The notes under the pieces were generated by a model. It was given only the letters and a program-made list of their open reading frames with translations. It made no database searches and was not told where the DNA came from. Shown in pieces: positions 55,170 to 59,356 of a stretch of 59,356 bases of DNA; the first letter of the stretch is position 1; every line of letters starts with the position of its first letter. Made by a program: the position numbers and the translations under genes. This DNA comes from Chloroflexota bacterium (GTDB lineage: Bacteria; Chloroflexota; Dehalococcoidia; SpSt-223): contig JAILZB010000002.1 in the NCBI GenBank assembly GCA_023512725.1, positions 1-59,356 on the forward strand, read 5' to 3'.

Positions 55170-57232
55170 GCCCCCTCCGCAACCACAAGTGAGGTCAGGA
55201 TGAGGCGGCCTTGCTCATCAGCCGAAGGCAGCCGCTCACCCGTTGGCGGCCAGTACCACCCCACCTCAACAAGGTACTCTCCCGCCGGGGTGGTTGGTGC
55301 CACCGTGAATGAGCGCTGATCGCGGACGACCTGTCCCGGCCGCCACTGCTGGGTGGGAAATTCCCCCCCGAGCGGGTAGCCATCGGCCTGCCCCCAGACG
55401 GGTGTCCCGTTCGCGGGGTTCAGCTGCCCGCCGATCAGGTGGGCGAACACGACCCAGGGGCGGTCGAGCCGCTGGGTGGGCTGCCAGTAGAGGGTAAGGT
55501 CGACCTGATCGCCCGGTCGTACCCGGTCACCGGGGGCCAGCCGGCGGCCCGCGCTGGCCAGCTCAAAGCCAAGCAGGTGGAGGCCCGGCCCCAGCACCCC
55601 ACCAGGGGGAAGGATAGTCCGCGCGGGCAGCCCAGGCGGGGGCTCCGTCCGGATGATGTCGATCGGCGCGAGCGGAAGCGTGCCCGCTGCGCTCTCGACC
55701 TCAACCTGATAGCGCCCTGCGGGCGTGTAGCGGTACACGGCAAACTCGACCTGCTGGCGGACCACTTCACCCATCTGGGCCTGCCGATCGTCCAGCACCC
55801 ATTCTTCGAGGGGAACGCCCTGCCGATCGCGCAGGCGGAGCACCACGGGCCCCGCTGCCGCCCCAGCAGCCCGCCAATAGAGGGCAACGTGCCCCACGTC
55901 ACCAGGAGCCAGCCGACGCGCGGGGAGGTCGTAGCCGAGGAGTTGCCGCTCACCCCCAAGCGGCGCGACCAGCGGGGTCTGGGGAGCGAGCGTTTGGAGC
56001 GTGGGAGGCCGGCCAGCACGGTCGTAGAGGGTCAGGCGGTTATACCCATTCGGCTGGTCATACACCTTCGGGCGGTGCGCATCCAGCCAGGCCGCAATCG
56101 CAAAGGTCGGATCCTGCAGGTGGGCCTCCGCCGCGACGAGCCAGATGCGCTGGTGGCGCTCAGCGATCGGGCCAATATCGCCAGCGGCACTCACGGCAGT
56201 GGCAGGAACGGTGTAGGGCAGGCCGTACCAGCGCGGCTGCGCGGGCACGCCGGGGAGGAAGAGATAGCTGAACAGCACTCCACGGTCCCCCGAGACGAGC
56301 ACGACCCCGTCATCCGGTCGAGCGTAGGCCCGGAGGGCAGCCACGACCGAGTCGAACTCGTCCCGGTGCCGGCGCGCGCTCAAATAGTCCAGAGTGAACA
56401 GCCCGCTCACGATGATTACGCCAGCGCTTGCCACCAGGCCAAGCGGCCGCCAGACGCGGAGGGCCGCCCCGAGGGCAGCTGCCACCAGCAGCGCTCCTGC
56501 GGGTGCCGCCAGCAGGAAATAGCGCGCCTCCAGGCGGGGGGAGTAGAACAGCGCCCGCGGCTGGGTGGCATACCAGACGGCCGCTGGCACGACCAGCGCG
56601 ATGAGCAATGGGGCCAGCCAGCCGAAGGCCCAGCCCGGCCCTCGCCCGCGGGGATGGAGCGCAAACAGTCCAAACCCTCCGAGCAGGAGCAGCACCGCAA
56701 GCACTCCCGGCCAGAACCGGTCGATGTCGACCGAGACGCCGGTAGTCATCACTACCGCAGAGAGGCGAACGAAGAGGCCAAAATCGACCGGCTCAGCAGT
56801 CGACCAGCTCCGCATCCGGCTACTCGCAACCAGTACCCAGCCACCAAAGAGTGCCCCCACCAGCAGGTTGGCGCCGAGCCAGTGCTTCCCCAGGGTGACT
56901 GCAGCCCGCCAGCGGCCGTTCATCAGCTCCTGCAGGAGGGCGAGGGTGACAAAGAGCGAGAGGGCCAGCAGCACCGCACCACTGAGATAGAGTGTCCAGA
57001 GGGCGAGCGAGGCTGCTGCGACGTAGCCCCACTCCCAGCGCCGCCGTTGGACTGCCCGGAGGGCAAAGAAACAGGCTGCCAGGGCAAAAGCCGTCGCTGG
57101 GGCGTACATGCGAAGCTCCTGCGACCACCAGACGGGAAACCGCGCCACGGCCAGGAGCAGCGCAGCCAACAGCGCCACTCGCCAGCCTCCCAGCAGCCGC
57201 CCGACCGGAATAGCCAGCGCTACCGTCAGCAC
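55166..57232 (-). CDS. ArnT/PMT_2 (GT39/GT83-like) membrane glycosyltransferase, 5'-truncated, with two C-terminal domain copies
   Basis: SQELRMYAP motif. In-frame family-typical sequence (FFWLLWLQVRLAGESEFAGRFVALAAG) continues upstream of the first GTG up to a stop at 57323-57325. The usual first 60-80 aa are absent. Confidence 0.7.
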   Translation of the reverse strand: MLTVALAIPVGRLLGGWRVALLAALLLAVARFPVWWSQELRMYAPATAFALAACFFALRAVQRRRWEWGYVAAASLALWTLYLSGAVLLALSLFVTLALLQELMNGRWRAAVTLGKHWLGANLLVGALFGGWVLVASSRMRSWSTAEPVDFGLFVRLSAVVMTTGVSVDIDRFWPGVLAVLLLLGGFGLFALHPRGRGPGWAFGWLAPLLIALVVPAAVWYATQPRALFYSPRLEARYFLLAAPAGALLVAAALGAALRVWRPLGLVASAGVIIVSGLFTLDYLSARRHRDEFDSVVAALRAYARPDDGVVLVSGDRGVLFSYLFLPGVPAQPRWYGLPYTVPATAVSAAGDIGPIAERHQRIWLVAAEAHLQDPTFAIAAWLDAHRPKVYDQPNGYNRLTLYDRAGRPPTLQTLAPQTPLVAPLGGERQLLGYDLPARRLAPGDVGHVALYWRAAGAAAGPVVLRLRDRQGVPLEEWVLDDRQAQMGEVVRQQVEFAVYRYTPAGRYQVEVESAAGTLPLAPIDIIRTEPPPGLPARTILPPGGVLGPGLHLLGFELASAGRRLAPGDRVRPGDQVDLTLYWQPTQRLDRPWVVFAHLIGGQLNPANGTPVWGQADGYPLGGEFPTQQWRPGQVVRDQRSFTVAPTTPAGEYLVEVGWYWPPTGERLPSADEQGRLILTSLVVAEGA

Positions 57233-57412
57233 CCCGGCCGCGAGGGCGACAAATCGGCCCGCGAACTCGCTCTCTCCAGCAAGGCGTACCTGCAGCCAGA
57301 GCAGCCAGAAGAAGGCGGAGTCTCATATGCGTTCCATCTGTGGAGACGCCCGGCGGGACGGGCCGGATTACCGCCTCAATGTAAACGAATGTCAAGGAGT
57401 TTTCGATGAAGC

Positions 57413-57865
57413 TCAGGTCACCGGCGCCGGATTGAACAGCACGAGGTCATTTTCGAGGCCGTGCTGCTCCGACCACGTCCTGCGGCCGGAGGCCGTTTCC
57501 AGAATGAGCCGGAACAGCGCCCAGCCGGCCTGTTCGATGTTCATTCCGCCCGCGGCGATGCCGCAGGCGTCGAAGTCGATCAGGTCCGGCCAGCGCCGTG
57601 CCAGCGCCGTGCGCGAACTCACCTTGATCACCGGGCACATGGGCAGCCCATACGGCGAGCCCAGGCCGGTGGTGAACACATGGACGTTCATCCCCGCGGC
57701 CAGTTCGAGCGTTCCGCAAATGAAGTCGCTCGCCGGGCCGGCCAGAAACAGCAGGCCTTTCTTTGTCGCCCGTTCGCCCGGCGCAATGACGCCCTCCAGC
57801 GGCGCCGTGCCGGACTTCGCCACCGACCCCAGCGCGCTGATGATGACGGTGTTCGGCGCCGACGA
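57413..57865 (-). pseudogene. 3' fragment (about 150 codons) of a GarD/UxaA-family sugar-acid dehydratase
   Basis: ...[65 protein letters not shown]...[11 protein letters not shown] matches only the C-terminal third of this roughly 520-aa family. Confidence 0.7.
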
Positions 57866-57872
57866 CAGCATC

Positions 57873-58163
57873 GGGGCGAGGGCGCAGCAGCGCATCGAGG
57901 CTTTCTTGCGCGCCGCCGCCCAAAAGACGCAACCAACGCCGGATGACGTGCGGCAACTGCAGGCGCTGATCCGTCGCCTGGGCACGGGCTTCTACCGCAC
58001 CGAGCTGCAAACCCTGTTCAACCGCTGGCAGCAAGCGCCCGACTTGCGCGCCATCGAGCAGGTGATCCCCACCCTGCAGTCAGACACGTTGAAGGACGAA
58101 CTGCGCGCGCTGATCCTCAAGGCACAGGAAGTGAAGGGCAGTGCGGAGGGCAGCGATGCTTAA
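57873..58163 (+). pseudogene. 3' fragment (about 96 codons) of an unknown gene that is translationally coupled to the HNH gene
   Basis: Only the last part of ORF 57108..58163 looks protein-like (...[32 protein letters not shown]...). Upstream, the same frame is antisense to the GarD fragment. Its stop overlaps the ATG at 58156 by 8 nt. Confidence 0.4.
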
Positions 58164-59226
58164 GCCCATCCACCGCGTGCCGTGCTCACCGGCCCTCGCT
58201 GCCTGCCAGCAGTTGATGCGTCGCTTCGCGCTGTGGCTGTGCGACCCGCAGGTCTGCGGTACTTCCATCACGCAGGTGAATCTGCAAGTGAAGATGGGCA
58301 GCGCCATCGAAGGCGATTGGTTGTGGCAGTTGCTGGCCGGCAGCACCGGCACCAAGGCGCTGTTGGACAAGGCGAAGCGCATTGCCGGTCTGCCGCCGGT
58401 CGACAAGACCGGGCTTACGCAGTGGGTTCAAGCGGTGAGCGCGCTGGCTCAACACTTCGGCCCGACACCGCCCGCCGCCTTGCCAGTGACTCCCCCCAAC
58501 GGCTGGGGGGCTCGGGACGAACGCTGGGCTAGCTTCAAGGCTTTGATGGTGGCGTTCTACGAGGAGGGCTTGCGCAACGGCCTGCCTTACGCCGCCAACG
58601 GCGCCGCCACGGCCGATGCTGCGCTGCGCGTGAGCTACGACCAATTCGTACGCGAGTTTCGCGCCGCGCACCGCCTCGACCCCCACCCGGATGCCCGCGA
58701 TGTCTGCGTGCTCTGCGGCGGGCCGCTGGTGCTGCCCGCCGTGGACCACTGGCTGGCCAAGAAAGCGTTCCCGCTGCTGGCCGTGTGCGCCGACAATCTG
58801 CTGCCGATCTGCGGGGAATGCAACTCCACGCACAACAAGGGCCAAAAGGATGTCCACACCAGCGGCGCGTTCTCCGATTGGTTCCACCCCTACCTGCGTC
58901 ATGCCAATGGGGCCATCCGGCTGCGCTACGACGATGCCGTCTTGGCCGTGCGCGTCGAGAGCGCAACACCTACCGATTTGGTGAAAGTTCAAACCCTGGA
59001 CAGCTTGCTCAACCTGGGCCAGCGCTGGACGCGGGAGTTCAAAGCCGAATATCGGCGCCTGCAGCGCGAGGCGCAGCGCCGACACATCGGCAACGTGCAA
59101 GCGCTTCAGCAGCGCCTCATGGAGTACCGCCAGGATCTATCGGCAGCCGAGCCACACCACGAGGTTCACGCCCTGCTGGCTGAGACGCTGCTCGACCCCG
59201 CGCGCTTGCAGGCGTTTGCTCAGTGA
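58156..59226 (+). CDS. HNH endonuclease-domain protein (TIGR02646/PtuB-like core) with an unknown roughly 190-aa N-terminal region
   Basis: CVLCGGPLVLPAVDHWLAKKAFPLLAVCADNLLPICGECNSTHNKGQK fits the pattern CxxC...DH...N...CxxCN..K. An in-frame GTG at 58141 is an alternative start. Confidence 0.7.
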   Translation: MLKPIHRVPCSPALAACQQLMRRFALWLCDPQVCGTSITQVNLQVKMGSAIEGDWLWQLLAGSTGTKALLDKAKRIAGLPPVDKTGLTQWVQAVSALAQHFGPTPPAALPVTPPNGWGARDERWASFKALMVAFYEEGLRNGLPYAANGAATADAALRVSYDQFVREFRAAHRLDPHPDARDVCVLCGGPLVLPAVDHWLAKKAFPLLAVCADNLLPICGECNSTHNKGQKDVHTSGAFSDWFHPYLRHANGAIRLRYDDAVLAVRVESATPTDLVKVQTLDSLLNLGQRWTREFKAEYRRLQREAQRRHIGNVQALQQRLMEYRQDLSAAEPHHEVHALLAETLLDPARLQAFAQ

Positions 59227-59356
59227 ATGCCTATACCACGCGGGGAGCCCCATTCATGCTCATGAGCTCGGCAGGCGAGTCGTCACATGGTCAACTACCC
59301 GCCACCAATCTTCTTTACTCGATACGGACAGCGAAGGTCCCTGGACCCCACACCGT

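Noticed and set aside
57108-58163. 351-aa plus-strand ORF spanning the GT start, the junction and the GarD fragment.
   Set aside because: Most of it is antisense read-through (Ser/Arg/Pro-rich). Only the last roughly 96 codons look protein-like, and these are reported separately as a gene fragment.
1-59356. Scan for tRNA, rRNA, tmRNA, CRISPR arrays, IS inverted repeats, integrase or recombinase genes, and att-like direct repeats at the island edges (about 4.8 kb and about 57.3 kb).
   Set aside because: None was found by eye in the intergenic regions. No transposase or integrase ORF is present, so the accessory blocks cannot be tied to a specific mobile element from this window alone.

Overview
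59.4-kb, high-GC, tightly packed bacterial chromosome segment. No rRNA, tRNA, CRISPR array or intact IS element was seen. The gene content, the Pro/Ala-rich linkers and the GT-C-rich envelope genes suggest a Chloroflexota/Thermomicrobia-like organism, but that is inference only.

Most of the window is housekeeping:
- infC-rpmI-rplT-trmH running straight into ribD-ribE-ribBA-ribH
- pyk and pcrA
- hemY, purS and purC
- rdgB and moaC
- icd
- a T-box-controlled ilvB
- a Zn/Mn-type ABC importer

Three accessory or unusual blocks stand out:
1. Positions 1-4810: a defence-type module. It consists of the tail of a COG1743/DUF1156-type DNA methylase, a nested MNT/HEPN toxin-antitoxin pair, and a roughly 1115-aa Swt1-like-HEPN::DUF499 P-loop ATPase that is split by a single 1-nt frameshift near 3090.
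2. Positions 43757-57322: a 13.5-kb, seven-gene, translationally coupled minus-strand operon. It encodes six giant polytopic GT-C-like membrane proteins plus one SAM methyltransferase. Every membrane protein ends in one or two copies of the same roughly 120-aa extracytoplasmic domain. This is my best candidate for an undescribed envelope glycan or glycoconjugate assembly system.
3. Positions 57323-59356: a patchwork. The first gene of that operon is 5'-truncated and abuts a 3' fragment of a GarD/UxaA dehydratase, a 3' fragment of an unknown gene, and an intact 356-aa HNH (TIGR02646/PtuB-like) nuclease gene. This is either the remnant of a two-gene defence module or an assembly chimera.

All family assignments come from motif recognition by eye; no database search was run.
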